In this document: positions 24,016-35,832 of the stretch, piece after piece
How the letters are laid out: each line of letters starts with the position of its first letter
Numbering within the stretch: position 1 is the first letter of the stretch
Assembly: GCA_965178125.1 (NCBI GenBank)
Contig: OZ237741.1
Coordinates: forward strand, 744,001 to 808,000
DNA: 64,000 nt
From: Bilabrum cf. latius
Taxonomy: Eukaryota
Reading direction: 5' to 3'
Made by a program: the position numbers and the translations under genes
Notes under the pieces: generated by a model
Databases searched by the model: none
Told to the model about the DNA's origin: nothing
What the model saw: only the letters and a program-made list of their open reading frames with translations

Positions 24016-25020
24016 ATGGATAGCAAAGGCTTTAATCTTCCGCCTTATGAGCTGGATTCCCATCAGCGAGAGGCCTTGACCGATTTATTCAGAATAATTG
24101 ATAGGAACTCTGACGGGTTCATCGATGTTGAAGAGTTCGCAAGGTTTGGACGCGCAATGACTGGTCAGATCATCGATCATGAGACTGCTTTGTATCAGCT
24201 TCGGCGAGCTGACGCGGACAATGATGATCATCTCTCACTAGAGGATTGGTTGCTATACGGCAGGTTCCTGGCTAGGACACCGGACTTCTTTGCAGTTGTT
24301 GCTGCCTTAAAGCGGGCATTATTCGCATTAGATCGCAGAGAAGGAACAGCAGCCGTTGGCGATGACTTAGCATCTGCTTCACTTGGGGGGGCGTCAGGCA
24401 GCGCGGAGCAGGCGAGCGCAACTGCAGCCGCCACTCGAGCCTACCAGAACGAGATGCACGCTGTAAGGGTAGCTGCCGACCGAGGGATCGTCAGGAAAGG
24501 TCGAGCGGCAGCTTTAGATGCAGCTCGTGTGCACGCTGAGGAGGCGGCTGCGATCGGAGCAGGAGCTGACCTCCGATCCATGGGTCGGGAGCCCGGCGGG
24601 CCACGGGCCGCGGATGGGCCCCCACGGAGGGCGCACATCCCCGTGAGCGCAAGGCGAAGACTAGAAGAGGAAAACGCGGCGAGAGGCTTCACTCCTAGGG
24701 GGGAGGACGGGCGATCGACTGCGCCAGCCAGTGGTGCCGGTGCCGGGGGCCCAGGCCAAGCTGGGCGACTCGGAGGGCAAGAGCGAGGGCGAGGGCGAGG
24801 GCAAGCGTCAGGGCCAGGGGTGGGCCGGGAGGCCTCGGTGCCTCGTCTCGATCTCTCATCTGCAAAAATGCCTGGAAGTCAAGGGTCGTACGCAGGCAAA
24901 GGCACCGGTGCTGGAGCAGGGGCAGCTGCCATGATGGGCAGCACGGAAGGAGGCAAGTCCGGGATTGGGGCAGTGGGAGTTGGGTCGCCCTCTGGAGTGG
25001 CAGCTGTTGACTTTGGCTGA
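24016..25020 (+). CDS. EF-hand calcium-binding protein, 334 aa
   Basis: Two EF-hand loops, DRNSDGFIDVEE and DADNDDHLSLED, then a low-complexity tail; ends TGA. Confidence 0.8.
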   Translation: MDSKGFNLPPYELDSHQREALTDLFRIIDRNSDGFIDVEEFARFGRAMTGQIIDHETALYQLRRADADNDDHLSLEDWLLYGRFLARTPDFFAVVAALKRALFALDRREGTAAVGDDLASASLGGASGSAEQASATAAATRAYQNEMHAVRVAADRGIVRKGRAAALDAARVHAEEAAAIGAGADLRSMGREPGGPRAADGPPRRAHIPVSARRRLEEENAARGFTPRGEDGRSTAPASGAGAGGPGQAGRLGGQERGRGRGQASGPGVGREASVPRLDLSSAKMPGSQGSYAGKGTGAGAGAAAMMGSTEGGKSGIGAVGVGSPSGVAAVDFG

Positions 25021-25152
25021 TTGCTGGCCCAGCATCAAGTAAAAGGTACTATTACGGCGTGAAGCAGCATGGAAAATCACCTGTTCTCAGTGACGGATCA
25101 TCATCGCCACACAGCACCTGTGGATTTGACACTCGAGAGCGAGCGTTGTGGG

Positions 25153-28100
25153 TCACACGCCCTCTGAGCTATCCGAGTCAATCAGAGGCTCCGGCATTCG
25201 ATCGACTCTCCGCCTCTTACCATATCCCCTGTTCCAACCACCACCAGCATGCCTGCCACCTCTAGAACCACCACTAGCCCTGCCTCTGCTAGCGGCCACG
25301 CCACCAGCTGCCGAACCCGCCACATCTCCAGCAGCTTCAGATCCGAGGGCTAGACCCTCCAGCCCCGCAGTAGAGCCCCCAGGTGCTTCCAGCTCTCTGC
25401 CACCACCAGCCTCCACTCTACCGCCATCAGGGACACCCATGCGCTCAAAGTCCACCACGTTCTCGGGGTTGCGCCGGTTGGGTGGCACGTAATCTAGACC
25501 AAGGTGGTCAAACACCTCCTTCTCATCGCGGGCATAGGCAGTGCAAGACTCGAACAGCTTGTCAGACCGCGCATTTCTCTGTCCTGATATAGTAAGCCCT
25601 TTGTCCGACAGCGACAGGCCCCATACCTTCACGGCATACCATCGCATGGACCGATTGAAGTGGGCGCTGCCAGTGAAGTACAGTTGCGCGTACGGCCATG
25701 ACACGATTGGGTAGCTCTTGATATCGATCCTGCGATAGGTGGGAGCGAAAGCCGATATCGTGTCAAGGATATGCTTGGCTCTGCCAAGACCGCGGAGTGC
25801 CGCTGCCCTGCGATGACCATCACTGGCAGTATGCCCCTCCTGGCCCATTGCTGCGTTTGGTGCGGCGGTGCTTGGAGCACGCCTGCCGCCCTGCGCAGCC
25901 TTGGTCACCTCTTGCTGCACAATTCTGTCCCTCAGATATCCGAAGAAGCTTGGGATTCCGCGATACTTTATGCCCTGGTGTGCAACCGCAATCAGACGAT
26001 CCGCAATGTCGTCCAAGGCTCGTCGGAGTTCGGTGCTCGGTACACTGTCCATCGCTGCACGAGACACGCATCGCAAGGTCATCGCAGCTGTGCACTGTAC
26101 GGTGTGACCTCTCGCAGCGTTACCACCAGGTCCACCAGTGCTGCTACTGCTAGTGCCACTCGCTTTTGACGTCACTTGCGGTGCAGCCGAAGATAACGTC
26201 AACGGCGCCGCCCCGCCGAGCACAGCGTCTAGGCGATCTCGGGATATTGCGAGTGCTCCGGCGCCACTGCCCTCCATCCCAGATGCGCCACTGCCCTCCA
26301 TCCCGGATGTGGCACTGCCCTCCATCCCGGATGCGGCACTGCCCTCCATCCCGGATTCGGCGTCTCCGCCCATACCTTCCAGCAAGGAGCACAGAAGCAC
26401 CCTCTGGTACATCCACGGCAGCTTCTTTCTTGCACCGATGAAGAAGAACGTCTCGGAGCCTAGCATCCCCGTTCTGTATCCAGGATGTCTGCCTTGCTCA
26501 CCGGTGCTGCCGGCCGAGTCCTGCCTCCTAGCCGGCGAAAACCGGTGGATGCGGTCGATCTCGGCGTCTGCGTGGTCAATCTTCGGCGCGGTGAGCTCGT
26601 GCAGGAGATACGTTTTCCTAAGCTCGGCGATGACTGGCTCGATGGGCAGCACCCGCATGTACAGCCGCTCCAGCTCAGAGTCGGCGTGCAACTCCTCAAG
26701 CGAAGCGATCCGGCCCTGGCTTGCGCGAACGTTCCTTGAAGATTCACTCAGGTCGATGCCCGGCCATAATGACAACGACGACGACGAGGCTGCTCCTGGT
26801 GCAGCTTGGGCTTTGGCTCTGGACGCGCTCTAGCAGTTGTGCATCAACATGGTTGGGCCAGCACCCCTTGCTCCCAGTGCCGCCCCCCTCCCTCCTGGCA
26901 TTCGCCCCACCTAGGGGTCTAGAGCCAGCCTTCTAGCATCTAGCGGGGCCATTTCTTGGTATGGCGGCTCCTGCATGCCTGCGGGGGGGCTGTTGCTGCT
27001 GCTGCTGCCGCTGCTGCTGTCTCTGTCGCCTGCAGCAGCTTCAGCTGCAGCACCACCGCGAGCTGCGTCCGATCGTCCGGACAGCTTGCAAGCCTCATTG
27101 ATGGCTTGCAGCACGCTGCGAGCGTCTGACACCAAGCGAGGATCCGGACTCAAGAGAACGTCGACATCCCCCGACGAGGCCTTGCCCCTCCTGTAGCTCC
27201 CGCAGCACACGACCCGCGCGAACGGGTAGCACGACCCGCTGGCATCGCGCACGTCCTGCTGCACCACCTCTACTTCTCCTCTTGGAATTTTGGCGGACAG
27301 ATCTTCGCAGTGGGTCAAGGACAGCCGGAATGCGGCCTCCTTGCCCCTCGCGCGGTGCTCCCTCGACGGAAGCGAGCCTCGAGCAAATGCTCCAGCCGTC
27401 GAGGATGCATGCGTCGCGCCGGCTCGCAGGGCAGCGGAGCGACCTCTGTCCATGTCTGGCTGTACAGCAGTCAGAAGGTTGCGCTGCGGGTTTTCCTTGA
27501 GGCAACGACGAACGGCAGCAATCCCCGGAACCCAGGTCAGCTGCTGGAGACGTCTGATGCCCAGGACCTGCTCCAGAGGCTGCCCGCGCCCCCTGTCCTC
27601 TTCTGCCCACTCAGCGCGGTCCAATCGCTTCCACGCCTCGCAATACGTAGATTTCAAGAGATCCAAGAGCCTGTGCGCCGTCTTGTCGCCCACGCCCCAC
27701 AAACTCATGAGCTCGCTGAAGGATTTGAACGACTTCGAATTCTCAGCTGCAACAACCTCCTGTAGCTAGCCAGTGCGCAAGATCTCGAGCACCCGCTTGT
27801 ACCCATTTCCAGTGAAGTACTTGCGGCCTTGAAGCAAGCGCTGCGCATCCGCTACCGTGCGGATTTCTTCAGGCATGCCTTTTAGGCTGGCGATTTGCGC
27901 CTACGTCGTCTTCATCTTTACGTCTTTGGTGGACATTTTCCCCTTGCCAACAGTTTGTCCAGCTACCTCAAACGAGTACAAATCACGTTTTCGCTTAAAC
28001 CAGTCAATGAGTAGCGCATTTCGACCGCGCGTCTGCGGTGATGAAGCTGGAGCAGGCTGCTAGCAGGCCAGTCGCCGCTTGAACCTCTTTCCACGCCTCC

Positions 28101-28374
28101 AAAACGCTCTCAAGCGCCTAACCTGACCATTGGATAGGCGTAGCTTCATCTCGTTGTCACCAAGGGGCTGCTGCGTCTGTTCGGGAGGAGCAGTTGCAGC
28201 TGCTGCTGCGGCATTGCTTCTGGTTGAAGATCTCGAGCTTGCATGCACTCTGGCAAACGAATCAAAGCAACTCTCTGCAAAGTCGAGAGCAAGCAGTGTG
28301 TGTTGGGCGTGCATGTAGCATCCCTACTAATGTAAAAAATCTTTTTCGGCGGCGACCAAGTGAAGATGAAGCAT
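25153..28374 (-). CDS. Family X DNA polymerase (lambda/beta-like) with large insertions, about 1070 aa; start approximate
   Basis: LWGVGDKTA (HhH), IPRGEV, CGSYRRGKASSGDVDVLL, RRIDIK, LYFTGSAHFNRSMR and YVPPNRR in one frame across 7 TAG; ends TGA. Confidence 0.88.
26262..26357. repeat. Coding tandem repeat, 4 x 24 bp (SGMEGSxx) inside Pol X
   Basis: CACTGCCCTCCATCCC at 26265, 26289, 26313 and 26337. Confidence 0.9.
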
Positions 28375-28460
28375 CCGTGAGGCCCAACTTTTTCTGGTTG
28401 TTGTCAAATTATCAAGTCTGCATCCATCAGGACAACAATAACTGCCCGCGCCGAACAAAA

Positions 28461-29480
28461 ATGGGCACCCATCATGAAGAAGCACTGGAGGAACTGAAAG
28501 ACTTACCAGGAGAAATCCAGCGAAGCATGGCTCTAATTGGATAGCTCGACAGAGTGAGCTCGAACTTTGCTTTCCGGCCGAAAAAGACGAACATTCGACC
28601 TTGATAGCACTATTTTGTTTTAGCGTTCCCCTGCTGCAGGAATCTTACGGGTAGCTCCCGACTATAAAAGCGAAGCAGCAAGCATACATTCGGGATGTGC
28701 GCAAGCGATTGCAAACGAAGCCAAGGGCACCTGGGGTGGACCTGAGGTCCCTCTCGGAAGATCCTGGTGCTTTGGATGAAATAAAAAGACTAGTGAGTCG
28801 GCCATCCTGGCGCCAGTCGGCAAATTGCGACTGCTCTCAGTTTACAACCAACCCCCACCACACGGCCGCATTGTTCGCAGAAAGCTGACGTGATGCAGAA
28901 AGCTAAGGAAAAGATAGCTGTTGCATAGCAGGCAGAGTCGTTGATAGCAGACTATATCCAGCGGCTCGACGCAAGAATCAAGGCAGTGAAATCGGAAGTC
29001 GATGTGGCTGGGGACAGGGAGCGCTACGCAGACGAGGAGAATTATGATGCTGGCGTGGCACACGGAGCCATGGGCATGGGAAGTGCCAGTAATTTGGGCC
29101 TCGGGGTGCAAGCGCACGGGTACGACACCGGGCAAGCAGGTGCAGCATCAGGAGGAGCAGCGTACGGAGGCAGAGGCGGCGGGGTTACCGTGTCAGGAGC
29201 AGGCGCAGACGCAGCGATGCAGCAAGCGGACGCAATGGTATCAGATGAGACCTACTGCATATGCGGTCAGCCTGGTCACGGCGAGATGGTTGGCTGCGAC
29301 TACGTGGGGCCGAACGGGGAGCAGTGCGAGATCGGTGGCGGGTGGTTCCACCTTGCGTGCGTGGGCTTGACCAAGCTCCCAGGCAAGGATGAGTCGTGGT
29401 ACTGCGACACGCATCGAGAGATGATGGAGGAAGAGGCCAGGGGCGGCAGACGGAAGAAGAGGAGGACGACCCGAGGCTGA
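28461..29480 (+). CDS. Inhibitor of growth (ING) family PHD-finger protein, 281 aa; exons 28461-28553, 28640-28792, 28881-29480
   Basis: ING N-domain ([20 protein letters not shown][TAG]Q), PHD finger ([28 protein letters not shown]). Introns of 86 and 88 nt; 3 TAG; ends TGA. Confidence 0.92.
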
Positions 29481-29781
29481 GCCCCCCCCGCCCCTTCGGT
29501 TTGTGTCTTGCAATTTGCGCGACGACGATGCTGTGTTGCTTGCACGTGCATCGCGCCGCAGAATAGTTTCCTAGTCAAGCAGTCGTTTCGGCCATCAAGC
29601 CAGGATCACGGCCCGTTTGATAGCCCTCACGGGATGAATCAGTTGCGTGCACTTTTTCGTGTGAAACCGAAACAACGAGGATGCGAGCACGTCGCGCATA
29701 GATCGACCAGAGTACTTCCGCAAAATACCGAACGATGCTCATTTGGTATTGAAAGAGTTCCTATTCTTGTGACTGGCCATC

Positions 29782-32700
29782 ATGATTGGGGCTGCACGGG
29801 GCGGGAAGGTGGCGCCCGCACCTGCGCAACCTGGCGCTCCTACAGCTGTCCAACTCGCCAAACGGAAAGCTAGGAAGCTGAAAGGCAAGAAAAGCAAGTC
29901 CAAGTGTCGTTGTTGTACTCTTGCAGAAATTAGGGAGAATACTCCGACCTTTACAGAATTCTGTGAGCCCACGATGCATACAGTCAAGCTCTCAAGTGCG
30001 TTTTGACGATATCTCTTCTCTATGAGTGGTCCTTTTGGCTGTACATCGCCGCAGTGTATCGTACAAGGTATTGCAAGTACTCTCCACTTTGCAAGTTTTC
30101 TTGGGTGGGTATCTTTGGAGGACTAGCCCTGCTATTTATGGTACTAGGAGGGGTCCTTCCGCCCGTGCTTACGAATGCGTACTATAGGTCGATACAAGAA
30201 TCATTCGTGTATTCTGACGTGTCCTAGTGGTAGAAAGAACCAGTTGTAGCTGCGGCCTTTGGTGGCGAAGGAGACCTAACCAATGACGCGGGGGAGCAGG
30301 TCAGCATATCGATCGCGGACGTTTCCAATGCGTTTGAGGTCCTCAACTATGGCGCAAGGCCCAGAACCCAAGAGAAAGGGCCGTACACTCTGCGAGAGTA
30401 TATTCATAGGCATAATGTCTCGTACGAGCTCGGTACGGCGCGCTTTGTGGAGAGGAAATTCCACCAGATCGTTGACGCTCAGCTAAACGACGTGGTAACC
30501 ATTGCTAACCCTGCCTACCGCTACGTAGAGGCGCTCCTGAGCACCACCCCGGAAATCGCATCTTCTTCATTTGAAGGCGGATCAGTTGCTCTACTAGGCT
30601 CGTGGGGGCTTCGAAAGCTGCGAGACAGGTTTGGCCCCACTGTCAAGCAGGCCGCCTTCCCGGCGTTTGCGACGAGGGTCTTCGAGCAGTTGCGTGACAA
30701 CGAGTACAACGGCAGTGCGGCGGGCCTACGGGCATACTGGAGAACGTCTGGTACCCTTGGAGTCCTCCCGGACGGCACCTGGCACAGCTACAGGCTACCC
30801 CTGCCTCGCGATGGCAACACATCCATTTCAATCTCGGATGCAACCGCTAGGGCTCTTTGGAGCTGGACGGACCGATTCGCCCTGACTTCCATGGTGGGCT
30901 GGCAGTGGTACCTGCTTCCAATCTCCACCATTCGCGTGCGTGAGTGGGCTTCCCATTACGGGTCTATCGACCGCAGCTATATGGCTGACGTAGGGCTGGC
31001 CAAGCGGCACGCGCAGCAGATCGCCGACTGGATCCAGCTGCTCCTCTAGAACACGCTGCAGCACCGAGATGCCGCCGAAACGCTCGAGGGTGGTATCGCA
31101 CCGGGAGCCCCTGACGTACCAGAGTCCCTTCGCCCCGCTCTTGATTTCGAGGACAGGGCGGCCGCCGTGCTGCAGTCAGAGGGTCTCGTTCCCAGGGCCA
31201 ACTGGAGCCTGGCCATCGGGGCGCAGCTGGGCTCGAACTCGGTCATGGGGTTCGCGTTCAAGCTCTTGTCGGACAGGGTCGGCGGCGGTGCCGGCGAGCT
31301 GAGCTCGGTGGCAGGGACTCTTTTGTCCAACCAGTGCCCGCAGTCGGCCTCTTCGCAGCTGGCTGGCTCCAGCCTATTCGACATGGAGGCTGCCAGGGAG
31401 TCCTACCTGGCCCCCGCCATCGCGGAGGTGAGCTGCTGGGGCTCGAGGGTGCTCCCTATCCCCGACGACCCCGAGACGCTGACATTCTACAGCAAGATGG
31501 AGGCCGACAAGATGACCAAGCTCATCCGCCTGTTCACCTCGGGTACCTCGGTGACCAACTTCGACGTACCGGGCAGCAGCATGCTGCAGCGGCTCGTTAG
31601 CTCGGTGAATCGATTGATCGAAGCAGTGAGCGTGCGCAACTCGGTGCTGGACCAGGCAAACGACCCGAACAATGGGCTGTTTGCCTGGGTCTCTAGGCTC
31701 CGGCTGGCCACGCTGGAGATGGGCGAGGCGGCGCCCGGCTCGGCCGAAGAGGCCGCGGCAAAAGCCGATATCGAAGCTGCTGCCAGGGGTCATAAAGCCC
31801 ACTTGCAATCGGAAGACGTGAGTCTGGTGAACGCGGTGTGCAACGCGGGATTTTTGCCGCAAGGCATGCGGAGCTACGGCCTCTCCTGCTACGAGGCCAT
31901 CGACATCGTAAACTACTTCCGGTATTTTGCCAGGGAATTCGTGTGGAAGCCAAACTTTGTGTGGGTCGCTCCCGACGGGCGCGTGGACCCCAATAACATG
32001 AGGGCGGGTCCTTTCATCAAGGCTACGGTGGGCGAGGTGCTGTATGGGCTGCAGGACCAGTTCTACTTCGAGATGTTCGGACAGCCGTTCCCGGGACTCG
32101 GTCCACCGAATGACCAGGACGAGGCCGCGTGGCTTCGAGACGTGGGACCGACCGCCACGGCGATCACGGTGCGGAGCGGGTCCTCGTCCGGGGACGGTGG
32201 TGGCATCGCCGGCTCCAGGCACATGTACAAGTACGGAGATGAGATGGAGACCACTCGATGGGTCTCCCCGCTGCGGGTGGATGGCTCCTATGACTATGCG
32301 AAGTTTCCGCCCATGAGTTCCTGGGACAGACGATACCAGGACGAGGGAGGGGCGAGTCCGGGCGCCGAGGCAAGGGCCATCCGAGTGTGGAACAGCGTGT
32401 CGGAGAGACCCGAAACCTTCGTGTTTCTGGGCGAGACGCGCAACGAGCTGCTACGCGCATGGAGATTCGAGCGCATTGCGGCCACGGAGAGCAGTCCGTT
32501 CCTTCGATCGGACGTGCTGAGAGACGCACCCTTCTGCATGCGGACGCTGTCGCTGCTGCCCGGCCCATAGCCCGACACTGCGATCGGTATGGACCTGCTC
32601 TATGGGCCCCCGCACATGCATGGCTGCAGCGCGGATCAAACCAGGGTATTCTCGTACGACGGCCTGCCCCAGACGTCCAACCGCACGGACGGGTCCTTCA

Positions 32701-33779
32701 TCGACGTGGAGCCCACCACGGGCAGGGTCCTCCAGTCCATGCAGAGGCACGGGCTGTACCTCAGGTGGCAGGCCTCCAAGTGGTACCCGCACCTGCGGCC
32801 CACGATCGGGTCTCTGGTCACGTTTTCAAGGCAGCGCGTGCTGCACCCGGTGCTACAGGCCCGCATCGCGGACGATCTCGCCTCTCTCAACTACTTGTGT
32901 GACGTGGCGGTCCCCGTTCCTATGTTCCTCCTTGGCACTGTCTCCCTCCTGGGGGTTGCAATCATCCTGTACTTTTACTTCTACCCGTGCACGCTACCAG
33001 GGAGCGAGCAGAAGGCGGCCGCGAGGAGGAGGAGGAAGGAGCGGGCGGCTCAGAGGAGGGCGAAAGAGAAGGTGGCCAAGCTGCAGGAAGACCCCAGCCG
33101 CGAGTTCGAGTCCGGGCCTCTGCCAGGCCCGGTCCGTGCAGAGGCCGAGGAGAAACGGTCCGTCACGTTCTCCGTCACCAAGGACCAGGAAGGCGGCGGG
33201 GGTGTGCGAGCCAGCACCCCATCAAGCAGGTCGAAGAGGAGCAGGAGGCGCCCGGGCAGCAGCAGCCTGCCTTCCTCTTCCTCTAGGGCCTCTCCCTCCC
33301 CGCCCACCGTGACTAGCAGCGGGCTCCTGGCAGGGCAGCGAAGCGGTTCAGTCGCAGGGGAGAGCACGGACCTCGAGACGAGCGACGGGGGGATGCAGAC
33401 AGCCATGGGAAGCAGGATAGGGCGGCACCTGGGCAAGGGAAGCAGCGCCAACGGGAGGTCCCTGGCAGAGGGGAGGAGGGCCCTCAAGGCCGCCCAGCAG
33501 GCGCAGCAGGCGGAGCAGAGCGACGACGAGGAGGAGGAGGAGGAGGAGAGCGCGGCGCTGCAGGACGGGCTGGCCGGCGAGCTTTCGCTGGAGAGGCCTG
33601 GAACATCCAAGAAATAGCGCGCCGAGGAGCGAAGGAAAGCGCTGGCCTCGGCTGGGAGTGCCGGTGGCACCAGTGGGGGGAAGGCATCTGGCGCTGGGAA
33701 GAGCACACCAGCGCGCTCGCAGTCTGGGCCTGCAAACACGAGGCGAGGGAAATTCGGGGGGACCCAGCAGGTAGTTTGA
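29782..33779 (+). CDS. CD36/LIMP-II (scavenger receptor class B)-like membrane protein, about 1300 aa; exons 29782-29962, 30055-33779
   Basis: N- and C-terminal TM helices; motifs P..QEKGPYTLRE and FIDVEPTTG; 92-nt intron; 5 TAG; ends TGA. Confidence 0.72.
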
Positions 33780-33849
33780 AACAATAGGAGTTAATGGTGT
33801 TGCAGCACGCGTCATTGCTGGTTTGCATGGTAAATCCGTAGCTAGAGAC

Positions 33850-34630
33850 TCAACTCGTCGGGCCAACGGCCTTCTCAAACACCAGCTCCACAGCAGGCGT
33901 CGTGGCAACATCTCGGGCCGATTTTCCTTCTCGATCCGTTGCTTTGACATCGCTTCCTAGTGACAGGAGAGTTTCTACGGCTTCAAGGTGCCCAGCTGCA
34001 GATGCCAAGTGAAGGGGAGTTGCGAGCTGCTTGTCCACCGGCGAGATATCGGCCTCCTGCTCCGCCAGGAACTTTATCAAGCTGGCGTGACCCGCGTTTG
34101 CAGCAAAATGCATCGGCGTTGCACCTGCCTTGTTCTTCGCGTTCACGTCGGCGCCGGCTTCAACCAGCGGCGCAACGACCGCAATGATGCCCTTCCTGGC
34201 AGCTAAATGCAGTGCGGTATTGCCGTACGCATCGCCGGAAGATGCATCTACTTTGCCAGAGAGATGCGTCACGGCATCAATGTGTCCATAGTTAGCTGCT
34301 AGATGTACCGGAGTCAATCCTCCATACGCACTGCGTGAACGATAGTGAATGCCTGTGGCAACGGACATGGTGTAACGACCGGCACGATTGAGCCACTGCA
34401 GATGCTGCATCTCACACTGCCTCGAGATCAACTTCGTTCAACTCTAGACGTTTCAAGACGTCCGTGTATCCATTTCTGATTGCCCATGTGCCAGCTGTTG
34501 CACCAAGTGTGTCTTTCTCGTCGACGGGGCCTTCGCCCATAAGGGCCCCTGCCCGCTCCAGCAGGCCCAGCTCGCACAGTCGCCTCAGATCACCAAACGT
34601 TTTAGGCTCTGCCAAGTCAATCTCCGCCAT
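33850..34630 (-). CDS. Ankyrin-repeat protein, 231 aa; exons 34416-34630, 33850-34330
   Basis: Repeats TPVHLAA, TALHLAA, TPMHFAA, TPLHLAS; 85-nt GTGAGA..GCAG intron; ends TGA. Confidence 0.88.
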
Positions 34631-34763
34631 GTTTGGTGTGTTTGTTCTGCACGCGAGCTGAGCTCTCAGAAAATCGTATTTGTCTCAATTGTGCAGTGCG
34701 GTTTACATGCGACTTGCACTTGGCAATGACGTGGCCATAGTACAGTTCGCACAGGACTTCGTG

Positions 34764-35345
34764 ATGGCAGATGAATGGAAAAGCTACCGCGTTATTGAGC
34801 CTGGTTGGGGTATCGGTGCCGAGCGAGACGTGGACAAGGAGATTCCCGGCAAAATGCTAGACATGGAAGTAACTCAGGACTTGAAGCGAATGTACCAGGG
34901 ATTTTCGAGACTGCTTGCCATGTGAGCACCCGCATGCTTGCAAATATCCATGATTTATCTATGGTGTGCTTCTACACCGTTTCCCCCCCTTCGTTGGCAT
35001 GTTGAGAATCGTCGCAGCCGGGCCATGATTCCGACCGAGTGCCGAAAGCCATTTGATGCTGTAACCATGTGCATGAGACAAAAACTTGACCGGGACACTT
35101 GTAAAGAGGTGTATTAGGCTTGGAGGCCGTGCGACCAGCAGGTCAAAGAGCTGCGTGCGCTTGGCAGGAGGCAGGTAAGGCCAAGCAGCTGCTCGCATCC
35201 ATCGCTTGTCAAAGCCCATCATTTCATATTCTCACCACCATTAAAGTGTTTTCCGCTGCAGCGAGAGCAATAGAAACGGGAAGAATTCATGGCAAAGAGC
35301 AGGGCGCTCGAAAAGAAAGCAAAGGAGTCCGGCGGCCGAGAATGA
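34764..35345 (+). CDS. Twin-CX9C (CHCH) small protein, probably mitochondrial intermembrane space, about 132 aa; exons 34764-34921, 35018-35174, 35262-35345
   Basis: Spliced product contains CRKPFDAVTMC and CKEVY[TAG]AWRPC. Introns of 96 and 87 nt have the local consensus ends; ends TGA. Confidence 0.72.
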
Positions 35346-35832
35346 GCAGCCAGGTGATTGCTGCCACTGGACAAGGACAGCTTGGCAGGCACGGCACTGT
35401 ATCCCAGGCCCTACTCTAGCATACTACTGTCGCATGCAAGGGTGCGCTGGACTTTATGCGTGTCTGGCTCTGGCAGTCGCGATGAGTTGCGGGCACTACT
35501 TGCAAAAAAGCATCTTCGCACCAGCTACTAGTGCTCGTCTGTTGCTCTGCAGCGGGCTGCTAGGCTATCGCGATTTTTGTGGTCGTGAGGAATACAGCTT
35601 GGGAGCGGGCATTTTGGCAGATATTCGGTGTCTCGCACGACACCTGGAGCGGTACTCGGCGGCAAGTCCGTTTTCTCTCTCTCTATGCACAGCGAAGCAA
35701 CACATCGCCTGGGTGTGGTTGGCCACAGCGGGCGCGAGCGATTCAAACAGCCATTTAAAACGTGTGGGTTTCTTGTTCTTCATTTCTGTCCAGTGAAATC
35801 GCAATAGATCGAGATCCACCAGCTTGACAAGC

